Shown: positions 50,201 to 60,946 of the stretch, in pieces
How the letters are laid out: every line of letters begins with the position of its first letter
Numbering within the stretch: position 1 is the stretch's first letter
Source of the DNA: Heptranchias perlo
Lineage: Eukaryota
Assembly: GCF_035084215.1 (NCBI RefSeq)
Contig: NC_090362.1
Coordinates: 16,554,001-16,618,000, forward strand
Direction of reading: 5' to 3'
Length of the DNA: 64,000 bases
Notes under the pieces: generated by a model
Told to the model about the DNA's origin: nothing
Seen by the model: the letters and a program-made list of their open reading frames with translations, nothing else
The model's database searches: none
Translations under genes and position numbers: made by a program

Positions 50201-53200
50201 TTACATTTAAGAGTGGGGCAATTATATCAGATCGGCTGTGTTCCAATCATGAAGTTTATGGTTGGGGGGAGGGGGAATGAGATGTACCCAGAGTCCAAGC
50301 GGAGACCTATGCTGTTTGCTGAAGGGATGGGAATTGTTCAAATCAAGTTCAAGGATAATTTTGTGATTTTGCTTTTTTGATAAATAAGCATAGGTCAGAG
50401 ATCAAACCTGAAACACAGCAAGCCAGCAGGGGAATTTCAGTGCGTGCACAGACAGGAAACTATACTGCATGTACCCTTCTCCTCAGCTCTACACCTACCC
50501 AGGTTTCATATCCATACAACAAGATGGGGAAAGAGCAGGGAAGTGGGACTAATTGGATAGTTCTTTCACCATGGACCGAATGGCCTCCTTCTGTGCTGTA
50601 AGATTGTATAAAAGCTCAATGGCTGTGGCCTAACCTCAATGTCTAGTCGGCTGAAATGCCAATTCAAATTGGACAGAAATCAAATCAATTCATATGGAGT
50701 GGCTGCACTGCACCTGTGATGTTGAAGTTAAAAGAATCACAGGTGCGCTGTACATCAAACACAGTATGTACTTTCAGACCAAGCTGGCCTGACCTGTGTG
50801 GACCCCAGCCCCTCAAATTATCGGGAACAATTAATCTGAGGAATAGAAGTGGAGTCTGCAATACCCACTCCCAAATTCTGGGTGAGTACAGGTTTAATTT
50901 CTTGGCAAAGGGAGAATGACAACTCCAAGGAATGTGAGCTAAGATCGACAATCAAACTTGGTAGGGGAGAGGAAGGGGTGGTGGGGGAATTGAATTTTAC
51001 CTGCAAGTCCAATTTCTCTTGTTTTTGGCTAGTCAATTGTCTGCTGTTCAACATAGACTTGAACATGTACAGGATTCAGCATCCTTTTGGGGGAAGGAGG
51101 GAGTAACTATTGATGCAACATTTCAGGTGAAATACACAAGCAACTACTTACCGGCTCCACAGATGAAAACTTTTTGGCCCACTTTCACCCGTCCTCTGTG
51201 ACAGGCATGAAGCGCGATAGAGAGAGGCTCTACCAAAGCACCTTCTTCTAAACTGACACATTCAGGAAGCCTGAAACGGAGACAATACAAACATTAACCG
51301 CAGTAATGTACTTAAATACATTAAGCCAACCACCACAATGCGTTACATGTGAATCTTTTCAGAGTAGAGGAGGTTGTTTCTGGCATCCACTGACAGTGTA
51401 GCCAGGCAAAGGAAGTTCTTGTAGGAGGTTTAAGGTATCCCAGGTGAGGCGTATTCATTGTGTGGTTTACTATTGACTAGGGTGTTGATGATGAAGAACG
51501 TCAATGTGCGGAACTGGGAGAATTAACTGGCAGAATGAAGCATTGAGGTGTGGTTGGTAGCTTGCCTGCAATGAGTAATGACGCACAGTCGGGGTGAATT
51601 TCACTGATTTCAATGCAGGTTTCTGTTAGTCCAATTAATGGAAATGAATTAATGGAAATAGACCAGACCCCCACACTGAATCTGAGCAGGTGGTCTGAGG
51701 AGCAAAAGGTTCTCCGGCCAATATTTTCTAAAACGATATCTCCTCAACTGCTGCTGGTGACAGATGCTCACTGTTTGGGCAGACGGGCCCATTTACAGGA
51801 TGAATGAGCTTAGAGCAGGAAAGTCCTTCAGGTAAATGAACAGAGTCGATTATGAGCGGATTATTTAGCCCCGACGTGCTTTCATATTCTGGATGCCTTA
51901 GCCAGCTGGACAATCACAGACTGTCTAAACTCCAACCCCTATAGTTGGTGAACCAAGCAGACCATCAGTATGGCCAGATTAAAGAGGGCTTGATTTTATG
52001 AATCCCCAGATAGATCAAATAACTTTTTAAACAGGCAATAATAATAATATCCTTAAAACTGGTGCCGAGGAACTAACTTGAAGCAGTAGTTGGCTTTGTG
52101 GACATAATATCTGCACATAGCCCCATCATCGGGAGGAATACCGGTTGTGAAGCTTGTTGGGGACAGGTTGTAACGTCCAATTCTAACAAAATCATCGTTC
52201 TCCCTGGGGACACTGGGTTCAATGCTAACCTTGTCACCTGTAGCAAAGGAAAAACTTGGACACTTAGTGCACAATGTTTTTAACAGTGAACATCAGTGCA
52301 GGGCTAAGTACTGCTAGTGGGAACTACTTACTCTTAGATGAATCACAGACAAATCTTTACTGGAAAACTTATTTCCTACTCATACCCTCCACGTACAACT
52401 TGTGTTTCAGCTGCTAAAAGATCGTGGGGGGAATTTTAACCTAACTTGCTGAGCGGAAAACTCACGGGATCGGGTGGAATGCCGGTTTTACACTCCGCCC
52501 AATATTACTCTCTGTTGACTTCAATGGAGAGGCTGAGTGTAAAAACCAACATTTCACCCGATCTCGCCAGTTTCCAGACGGGCAGGTTAGTTTAAAATGA
52601 CCCCCTATAATCAGTACTTTTTGATAATTAGTTCAATAGCCAGTAGAGTACTTTGATTGTACAGTTAATGTATTTTTGGAGTCATAATGGAACGTGTCAA
52701 TGCTGGGGGCATAAAACACCTTTTTGTATGTTGGGCTGCCAGGGTCAGCATCACACACTTCCAGTGTGGACAAATGCAGAGATAGGTCCCCTTTTTTTCT
52801 ACCCAAATATCATGCCATATTATCCCCAGAAGAGCTAGCTCCCTCTATTGCATCAGTGTATGTTTCCATTTCCTACACCAGCCATCTTTGAAAGCTCTGT
52901 GTGCGAGTTGATGAAACCATCTCCAATTTGCCCCAAATGAGCTGTTTTCTGCAATGGGCTTGGGCCCCACTAGGAACTAAGGGGTAAATATTCTAACATG
53001 TCACCCCTTGGCAGGTGCCAGGAGCGCATATCATAAAATAGCTCATTCCTAGCCCACGAGTTTCTATCCATTAACTTTAACTGATGGACGATTGCAGGCT
53101 GGGAGTGCACAGTTTTATCCCATCAAGGGCTGGTGCATTGATATTTCTACCCCGGTGTTGACATAGCCCAAACCTGTTTCAAGATGGAGAATTACAGCCA

Positions 53201-56200
53201 GCAGAGTAAGGACACTTCCATCTGGTTTTATGCCCAGGCCTCAGAAGTGAAAGCATCATGTGCCAACCTAATACACCATCCAGTTCCCCCAAATTATTTT
53301 AGGTGAAGCAGCACATGTGCACCCACCTGGTACAGTGACAGAGGTGAGAACTTCGATATCGGGGTGGGAGGGAATGTGGGCTTCACTTTCCCACTCCCAA
53401 CCTGTGGGAAAATTGTGCTTATTTTGTGGACCCAAATCACATTTACACTTGCAGCTAATAAAAGATTCTCCCACTGTCCCTTGCAATACAGAACTGCATG
53501 CAGACTGACCTGCTTTGAGATGGGTCACTCCACAGGACACTTTAGCTATGGTCCCTGAAACTTCGTGCCCAAGAATCATGGGTTTCTTGACGACAATGTC
53601 TCCAATTTTTCCGTCTAACCAGAGATGGATGTCTGTACCACAGATCCCAACAAAACTGACCTTCACCAGAACATCTAAAAGTACAGCACAGCAAGAAAGC
53701 TGAAACATTGGACATACTACATTCTGAACCAGATAGACAGTGTTTCTTTTACATTGTGGAATGTCAGAGAAATTTTATGACTTTAAAAAGGTGATAGCAT
53801 GCTCTTGGATTTATGTTGATTTTGATAGAAAAAGAACGGTACGATCTGATATTTTAATTAATTAATACTGCCAGTCAAGAATTACTAAATGTACTAATAT
53901 CAACCTATCTGAAGGACTCGTGCTTGCTTGTTGGAACACAAATGATAAAAAAGTTTAGAAATGTTCGAACAACCTACTGGGGGTTTTCTATTTGAAGGAT
54001 ACAAATAGTTCAACTCAAGATAGGGAAAGAGAATAAGGTATTAAGCTCCCAGAAAATGGAAATTATCTATAGCCTGCAGTCAGGGCTAAGAAGTCAATTA
54101 GAAATCTACTTTGTCAATGGTAACATGTCTGAGAACAGTGGGTTTGTTTTATCCCTGAACTCTCCACGCAATGCCACAGTAATTAATTCTGGGAGAAGTG
54201 ACTATGGAAGAGGATTATCTTTGAAAGGGTTGTCCTCAAGAGTTCGATTGGCAACTTGAAGGACCATTGCAAGTATCACTGGACTGGAGTTTGAAAAAGA
54301 TTTTCTTTCCCTGCTTTCAAGAAATCATGTTATGTTATCCTCTTGGTTATAATTGGTCCTAGTGGTTTTAGTTGCTTGGGTTTTTTGTCTTACTTTTCCA
54401 TGGTGTTCCAGGCACTTCTAAGGCTGCTGTTTCTGCTTTCCACATTGCTTTCAGTCTTTTTTCATGCTTCTCATTCCATCCTGCTGAGTGGAATTTTCAT
54501 GGCCTTTTGCCCAGCTCTCTCAGAGCAAACCTTGAACCCATATCCTTTATTAAGTTTACAGTGCTGTACGCAGTTGGATTAAATGAAATCCTTTGGTTAT
54601 CAATTCATGCAATGGATGTAGTCTACAGGCCAAGTTGGAAGCAGCCTGATAATGCAAATTGAGCCGGCTCTACACAGCAGAGTAAAAACATTTGAATGAC
54701 ATAAATGTGTGTTGGGTGGGAGAGGGCATTATTCCAAGGCTTTGTAGTGCTGAGAGATACAGATAAGAACATAAGAACATAAGAAATAGGTGCAGGAGTA
54801 GGCCAATCGGCCCTTCGAGCCTGCTCCGCCATTCAATAAGATCATGGCTGATCTGATCCTAACTTCAAATCTAAATTCATGTCCAATTTCCTGCCCGCTC
54901 CCCGTAACCCCTATTGACGCAAGCATGAGTAGGTTACTTGTCTTAAACTGTGAACATAAAATTAGAGAACTCAGGTTTAAAACTACAACCTCAAACAAGA
55001 TTAGAAAACATGTAGTGGTGAATGGGTGGAGTAAATTCCCAGCTACAGCTGTTGATGATGTGCTCATTAACACTTTGGAAAACAGTTGAATAAACATTTG
55101 GTTAGATACGTAACATTAGTATCTGTTTGGGAATGGAACTGGCTATAGCGATAAGTATGGAGTAAGATCATCAAATCTTCACCAAAACGCTGGGTAGAAG
55201 ATGTTGGAGCCAAGCATGGCTCAGTTATGGAATAATAATGGATGTTTGAATATTCTGCAGTTCTGAGTACTCATTTTTTACCTTTTCCTCAGGAGATTAA
55301 ATGAATGGAATACTGTTCAGGACAGGATAGATTGTACATGGTCTAAACAAATAGTGGCTTTGTGGAGGGACCTGGTGCCAATCTGGATCACAATTGCATG
55401 AGGTGAATTATATATGTTAGATCAAAACTGAATTTCTGAAGTTGTACGGAAAAACATTGCTGAAGAGCGAGAGGCGAGAGAAAGAAAAAAAGGACTAAAC
55501 CTAGAAATTACCAACACTTAATCCCTTTGTATGACATTATTTTCTCCCTATTTTAGCAGAGGCATTAACTTATTTAAACAGGTAAAAATGCCTGTATTAA
55601 AATAGTGGACTAAAGAATTTTGAAACACCTCAAAATAAAGGCTCAAAAGATCAAGGGAGCTTTTTCAAATGCCAGATTTTTACTACCTGTTCTCAGGGCA
55701 TGGGAAATGCAGGCAAGACAACATTTATTATCCACCCCATTACCCTGAGAAAGTGGTGGTGAACCTTCTCCTTGAACCGTTGCAGTCCTTAAGCTGATGG
55801 CGCTCCCCCGATGGTGTTGAGTAGGGAATTCAAGTTGATGTGCCACAAGTAGCCACACTACTAGGACAACCCCATAGTTTAGTCAACAAATTTCCAGTCC
55901 AAAAGAGAATGCTGTCCAGACTGCCAATCTGGAATGAACTGTAAGCGCCTAAGCCTAACTCTGCTCCAACTGATGGCAGCTGTCATATCTGAAAAATGTG
56001 TGTAGGAATGGGTGAAATGCTAGCTAGACTGAAAAAAAATCAAAGCAACCTTTTCTTTAATAATTTACACAGCTAACATGAGTGAACTAAACTAGACGTG
56101 CAGTAGCACAGTTTAATGTAGATTGAGGCATCCAACAGGTTGTTGCCAACCTGTAAAGCAAAGGGTATAATGGTTTGAAAATTGATTTGATCGAGCCCAC

Positions 56201-59200
56201 AACTTTCTATAAGAAAACTTAAACAGGAATAGAGAATGAGTAGTTCAACAGAATGTACAGGCATCAGATACATCAGTACATTTTTCATGACAGCATAACT
56301 TTATTGCACTAGAGGGCTGCTTCCTTGATTGAATACTCCCGGAGAGGAGCAGCACTCACAGGGAGCACCGATCGGGACATCTTGGGCTTGTAGTGCCCGA
56401 ATTCCCATCCATCCATTTAAATTAACGGGCAGAATATCGAGCTGATGATTTCTTGATCAGATCTACGCCTGTGTACACCTCTCCTCAGCAAGAGCATCCA
56501 ATCTAACAATCAGCCCTATAACGCTGGCTTTGTTCCCTCCCTCTCCCACAATGAGGAGGGGGGGGGGGGGACAAAGAAACTAATGTTGCTTATTAAAGAT
56601 TTATTTTTCTACAATGACAAAAAGAGAGAACACAGCTTGTAATAGCAAAGTTCTACTGTATTGACAGTACTAAAGGAGGAAGAAGTAAAGTTGTCCATTT
56701 GAATCATTTCTGCCAGGCAGCAACAATTTGGGATTATTTCAGGATGCACATACACTTGGCAGAAATGCTAAAGTTATACTGTATAAATTAGGAGTTAGGA
56801 CATGACCTGACTACGGAGTAAAGGTTTGAAGACAATCAAAGGTTTAAAGCGTGGAGCTCATAGAATATCTGTTAAAGCTTGAATCGTTTATCACCTAAAG
56901 ATTAATAGTATTATAGTATATTTATACAGATTGACAGAACTCTGATGTCCTTGATCCCCTTAAGAGTGCGTGGACCCCAGTTTGAAAACCTATGGGGTGG
57001 AGGAGTTTACAGAGTTTAAAGTTCGCCTTCACCTGTGAACAATATTCCAATCTCAACCATATTGTAAATACAAATGGTATGTTTTACTTTGTTAGTGATG
57101 GGTAGGGGAAACCAGATCAAAAAACTTTCGGTCTTTATGATGCATTTATATCCTTTGTCAAATAATGTTCAAAGCAACAATCTGCTCAGCTGGGCACAAG
57201 GAAGAAAAAACTTGGGATTATTTCAAGATGCATTTACACTTGGCAGCGATGCTAAAGTTATATTGTATAAACTAGGAGTTAAAACCTGACCCAACTGCGG
57301 AGTAAAGGTTTACGCGGTCTGAAGACAGTCAAGGGTTTGAACCGTGGAGCTCAAAGAATAATCCTTTAAAGCTTAAATCATTTATCATTTAAAAGAGTAA
57401 TAGTATTTATATATATTTATCTGATATATGATGCAGTGCCTGAAAATAACAAAAGTAAAGCAGAGAACAACATTCAAGGATTTTAGCCAGGAAAAAAAAT
57501 AGGCTTACCACCAGGGCACAGCTCTGGAACTGGACGTTTTTCCTGTGGAGAGGAAATGTACCTTTTTAAAATAGGTCAGGTCCTTCAGAGATCATTTACT
57601 CGTGATAGAAATAGCAGGTATAATGATTTCTGCTGCTAATTACAAGTAAACTGGAATTACACAAAAAACTACCTCTTTCATCAGGCCAATTAAATTAGGT
57701 ACTCACTTGGAGTCACCCTTGCTTTTCAGCCAATTAGCCTGGATACTAAAAGGGGAATGGCTCCTTGTATCTCCCCAGTAATCACAAGATAAATGAGGGC
57801 GGTCATTTGGCCCTCTTAGCTTATCAAACCAGGAAAAATCTTACAGTCCCTTGTCATTTCCACTATCTGGGTCATGAACGTATCTAAAACACTTGCCTTC
57901 GCTATCCTATCCTGAAGACCTTCACATGTAGAAGTTCTTCCTGACATGGCTCCTAAGTTGATCTTTCACTAGCTTCAGCCTATGTTCCCCCCCCCCCCCC
58001 CCCCATTCTACGTCTTAGCTTACCTTGAAGTATTGCTCCATAATTACTGAATCCAAATCATTTTATATCTTATATACCCTCTATACAAAGTCCCCTCTCG
58101 GTCACTTCCTTCCAAGGCTAAAGAGCCCTAATTTTTCTAGTCTTTCCTCATAACTCAATCCTCTCATGTTAGGAATCAGCTTTGTGACTCTTTGCACTGC
58201 TGCTATGGCATGAACATTTAGTCTCCAGGTTAATGGGTTTATTCAGCATCACTTCCCTCAAACTGGACAGCCACAGGAAGGAGTCAACCTAGATCCTAGC
58301 CATTAGCTCATTATAATGCCCACTTCATGTTTGCCTGCCTGTTTTACCTCGTTGCCAAATACAGGCTTGTGATTCCACAAATGGTGATCAGCAATTGGCA
58401 GAAACTGAGAGTATTCGGACCAAATGCAACTGTGTGGGAACTAGTTTTAACAGAAATCAATGCTCAATTTGAATTCACTAGGAAGGACTAAAAAGCTATT
58501 GAATTTCCCAGAGTAATCTCTATCCAGGACTGCTTCTGGGCCTAATGATACCCATAATATTCCACGACCGGAAATCTTATTAATAGTTAGACATCTTCTA
58601 AAGTGATTGACACTGCACCCAGATTAACAATATCCCCTCGCCACATGCACTTTTCCACCAAGTATATTTTTAACATCTGGCATAAATAATTGAAATGCCT
58701 CTTCTATTCATGGTTTTATGGGTAGGGGAGATATTTATAAAACAGCTTTAAAAAAAAACGTACTGTCGCTCTGATTCGATGAAATGTCAACTCCCAGCCA
58801 GACCCCACGGTAACTAAAGCGAACCACTCAGGCGGAGTAGGATTTTAAGAAGAGGTTGGTTTTAAATGCATGGGGATGAGGGCTTGTTGAACAAGCGGCA
58901 GCAACTGTGCAACACAGTGAACATATAACAATGCGATGCCGACGTGACATACACCACCCTGTCACGCGTTGACAACAATAGGGGAAAGAGTTGCCAAAAA
59001 AAAAACCCTTTGCAAGTCTTGATGGCTGATCGCTAACCACACAAACATCTTTCAAAGAAGCATGAGTAATGATCCAGACTGAACACACGATGGACCAACA
59101 CAACAGTTGCACCAAGACCACCAAAGCATTTAACCCTGCGCCTCTGACTGCTTCCCCCTAAGAGTGGTCAAGAAGTCAATTTATTAATGGTTTTTTTCTC

Positions 59201-59375
59201 TCTCTGTGCATTGATATCTAGATTCCTCTCTATAAGAAGCTGAGCTTTCATCCTGGAGATTTCGACTTTCTCATTTTATATAAAGATGATATATAGTAGA
59301 AAAAAGAGGGAATTGGATTACCAGTTTCAATTCTCCACAGGCTAACACCAAAGCCAAGTTATCTTGCTGCGACAT
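34983..59375 (-). CDS. SORD: Sorbitol dehydrogenase-like (Zn-dependent MDR family), complete 9-exon CDS, 379 aa; divergent, Cys-rich, with Gln/Cys/Pro tail
   Basis: Exons 59375-59322, 57542-57509, 53674-53510, 52237-52078, 51270-51152, 49012-48947, 42633-42455, 41545-41424 and 35223-34983 total 1140 nt, open, GT-AG, with the same intron positions as vertebrate SORD. Motifs GICGTD, LGHE, GRYNLSP, EPLS, CGAGPIG, HRFPLE. Confidence 0.95.
35304..35733 (+). mobile_element. SacSINE1/DeuSINE-like SINE
   Basis: Full head-to-tail copy in SORD intron 8. Confidence 0.8.
36870..37765 (-). mobile_element. Tx1-type (L1 clade) non-LTR retrotransposon 3' fragment, interrupted by a SINE
   Basis: Degenerate [45 protein letters not shown]; resembles the Tx1 ORF2 C-terminus. 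Confidence 0.7.
37316..37632 (+). mobile_element. Second-family tRNA-headed SINE inserted in the Tx1 fragment
   Basis: GAGTTCAAACCC B box; body shared with the 18066/18534 copies. Confidence 0.7.
38203..39848 (-). mobile_element. Degenerate PIF/Harbinger transposon with Myb/SANT-like DNA-binding gene remnant
   Basis: [41 protein letters not shown], intron, [10 protein letters not shown] (NAIF1-like); 3-bp TSD TAT at 38200-38202 and 39849-39851. Confidence 0.75.
40224..40260 (-). ncRNA. Minimal type I hammerhead ribozyme (Penelope type)
   Basis: UCAC-CUGACGA-A-GGAG-aaagc-CUCC-GAAA-GC-UU-GUGA. Confidence 0.7.
40278..40314 (+). ncRNA. Minimal type I hammerhead ribozyme (Penelope type), CpG-decayed copy
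   Basis: UCAC-CUGAUGA-A-GGAG-aaagc-CUCU-GAAA-GC-UU-GUGA. Confidence 0.65.
40626..41170 (+). mobile_element. SacSINE1/DeuSINE-like SINE with internal insertions
   Basis: TGGCTCAGTTGGTAGCAC..GGTTCAAGCCC head; degenerate body. Confidence 0.7.
41424..41545 (-). CDS. SORD: SORD-like exon 8 (122 nt)
   Basis: [41 protein letters not shown]. Confidence 0.95.
42455..42633 (-). CDS. SORD: SORD-like exon 7 (179 nt)
   Basis: [60 protein letters not shown]. Confidence 0.95.
42700..43004 (+). mobile_element. L2 3' fragment
   Basis: Same family as 26757-27099. Confidence 0.8.
43145..43945 (+). mobile_element. SINE-in-SINE cluster (SacSINE1-like)
   Basis: Full copy about 43359-43783 splits an older copy whose halves flank it. 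Confidence 0.7.
44021..44780. repeat. Inverted duplication, about 270-bp arms, about 200-bp spacer
   Basis: 44021-44292 vs 44492-44780, e.g. CCCAAAACAGGATTACAAAGTATAAA / TTTATACTTTGTAATCCTGTTTTGGG. Confidence 0.85.
44679..45137 (+). mobile_element. SacSINE1/DeuSINE-like SINE
   Basis: Full head-to-tail copy. Confidence 0.8.
45780..48800 (-). mobile_element. Degenerate CR1 LINE (endonuclease end to 3' tail), internally deleted and interrupted
   Basis: [66 protein letters not shown]; (TTCTTATG)n tail near 45780. Confidence 0.9.
46769..47753 (+). mobile_element. Younger 5'-truncated CR1 inserted antisense into the older CR1
   Basis: Open RT C-terminus [36 protein letters not shown]; TTCCTATG tail. 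Confidence 0.92.
48947..49012 (-). CDS. SORD: SORD-like exon 6 (66 nt)
   Basis: [22 protein letters not shown]; gtaagt donor. Confidence 0.93.
50088..50186. repeat. (GA/GAGACA)n microsatellite
   Basis: gagacagagacagagagaaacaga... Confidence 0.9.
51152..51270 (-). CDS. SORD: SORD-like exon 5 (119 nt)
   Basis: [39 protein letters not shown]. Confidence 0.95.
52078..52237 (-). CDS. SORD: SORD-like exon 4 (160 nt)
   Basis: [54 protein letters not shown]. Confidence 0.95.
52426..52605. mobile_element. Palindromic MITE, same family as 8984
   Basis: GGGGGGAATTTTAACCTAAC..TTGACTTCAATGG..GTTAGTTTAAAATGACCCCC. Confidence 0.7.
53510..53674 (-). CDS. SORD: SORD-like exon 3 (165 nt), catalytic Zn ligands
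   Basis: [56 protein letters not shown]. Confidence 0.95.
56728..57407. repeat. Direct duplication of about 190 bp
   Basis: 56728-56911 vs 57212-57407, both begin TTGGGATTATTTCA.GATGCA. Confidence 0.85.
57509..57542 (-). CDS. SORD: SORD-like exon 2 (34 nt)
   Basis: [11 protein letters not shown]; ctccacag / gtaagc; size and phase fit the neighbouring exons. Confidence 0.9.
59322..59375 (-). CDS. SORD: SORD-like exon 1 (54 nt coding)
   Basis: [18 protein letters not shown], similar to the NLSLVVHGPGDLRL start of SORD; gtaatc donor. Confidence 0.88.
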
Positions 59376-59634
59376 CTTTAGTCTAAAATTGGTTTCCTTC
59401 TTACTTCTGGATCAAGGGCTAGCTTCCTTTGTGGAATTTATTGGCTGGGATCTTGGGTTGGAAGTTCAGTTGCAGTATTTGTGGCTCTAATTTAAGCAAA
59501 CCTTCTCCCTTTTCAGTTTTTTTTGCCCCTTTCCCCCGAGCTGGTTGAGATGCCCACCCTTACTGCACCAGCAAAACTGTATAACTTATTTTGCTGACCC
59601 TTGCATGGGGTTTAATATGCTCCTGTCATAGACG

Positions 59635-59772
59635 ATATCCATGGCAACCTTTGAGGCGTAGATAGGCGTCAACGGTTCCCATGGTTACGTCTGTGAGGGG
59701 TACGTCACTCTTTACTCTTCAGGACCATGATTGGTCGAGATACCTTTCTTTGAGCATGTTGTTATCCAATCA
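59635..59772 (-). promoter_or_regulatory. SORD-like upstream motif cluster: two RFX X-boxes, CRE half-sites, CCAAT boxes
   Basis: GTTGCCATGGATAT (-) 59635-59648; GTTCCCATGGTTAC 59675-59688; TGACGTA (-) 59701-59707; ATTGG near 59730; CCAAT near 59766. Confidence 0.55.
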
Positions 59773-60208
59773 AAAGCCATTTTTCCCAATGTAGGTCCCT
59801 CCCACCAACATCATAGGAGCTGGGAGGTTCAGGCAGTAAATTATTTTTGATGGGGTTGGAGGGTACTTTCTGTACAGAGCATCAATCCCACCTGTCTCTT
59901 CCAACACCTTTGGAAGATTAAATAAATTTCCCACAGCATTTTTAGTACTATTAGAATTTTTAGGAACAAGGAAAGGACATAAGGTCTCATCTGAAGACCA
60001 TCTCCACTAAAGCACTCATTGGTCTTGAATTTCCTCAGAGACAGACGTAACCGGGGTGCAAATCAGTAACGCAGCTGAACGATTGCGGAAATTTGGGCGT
60101 AAGTGAGTGATGCGTACGAGTACAATCTGCCCAAATCTCCTCGATCCTTTACACCCGTCTATCCATCCCTCCGCCCATACTAATGGCTCCGCCCCAAGTT
60201 CCACATCG

Positions 60209-60298
60209 TTCACCTGAGGAAGGAGGTAGCCTCCGAAAGCTTGTGAATTTAAAATAAAATTGCTGGACTATAACTTGGTGTTGTAAAATTGTTTACAA
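60209..60298 (+). mobile_element. Penelope-like pseudo-LTR fragment with hammerhead motif
   Basis: TTCAC-CTGAGGA-A-GGAG-gtagc-CTCC-GAAA-GC-TT-GTGAA, then AATAAA..GGACTATAAC.TGGTGTTGTAA as at 40320. Confidence 0.75.
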
Positions 60299-60946
60299 GA
60301 GCCTTATACATGAGTATCCTGCAATTACGTTTGCTCGGAGGCTCTCTTCAAATTACCACCTGATTCTTAGGCGCAGCAGGAAACAAAATCATTTTTTTCT
60401 GGTGTTTTATTGCAATTATTTGAGCGGTATTTTAAAATTTTATCCTCACTGAGACCTGCAGCTGTTTCTTTTAATGCGTCTTTACAGCACAAGTCACCTT
60501 AAAAATTGAAAAGTTTCAACAATTGCAGGTTGTTAAGCATGCAGTACCATGAAAGATGGTTGAATGAGTTGAAACTTTCATTTCCTACTTAAAAGAAGAA
60601 ATATATTGGTGTGAGTTTGCTGCTTCCCTTGGGCCCTGATTGTTTACACTGATTTACCACGTTACGTTCGGGCGTATACTTTTTGGGATTCACCGGAAAT
60701 TTAAGGTTAGCTGGACATTGGCAGAATGAGTGCAGGAATGGGCACATTTTCGGGTCTAATCTTCCGGGTTGTGCCCATGGAGGAAATTCCAGGCCATTGA
60801 TTTTAACAAGAACTGGTGCTTCCAACCACCCTGCAATTGGCCGAAACACCAGATCCTAGAAAGTGAGCATGCAGCAGTAACTAGATGAGTGTATTTTTCT
60901 GGAATTGGTGATTCCAGTTGACTCCCAGCTTAGCCAGAAAGCACTA

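Noticed and set aside
34983-59375. SORD-like gene as a pseudogene
   Set aside because: All nine exons are open and in phase with canonical splice sites, Zn and NAD motifs, and poly(A) signals.
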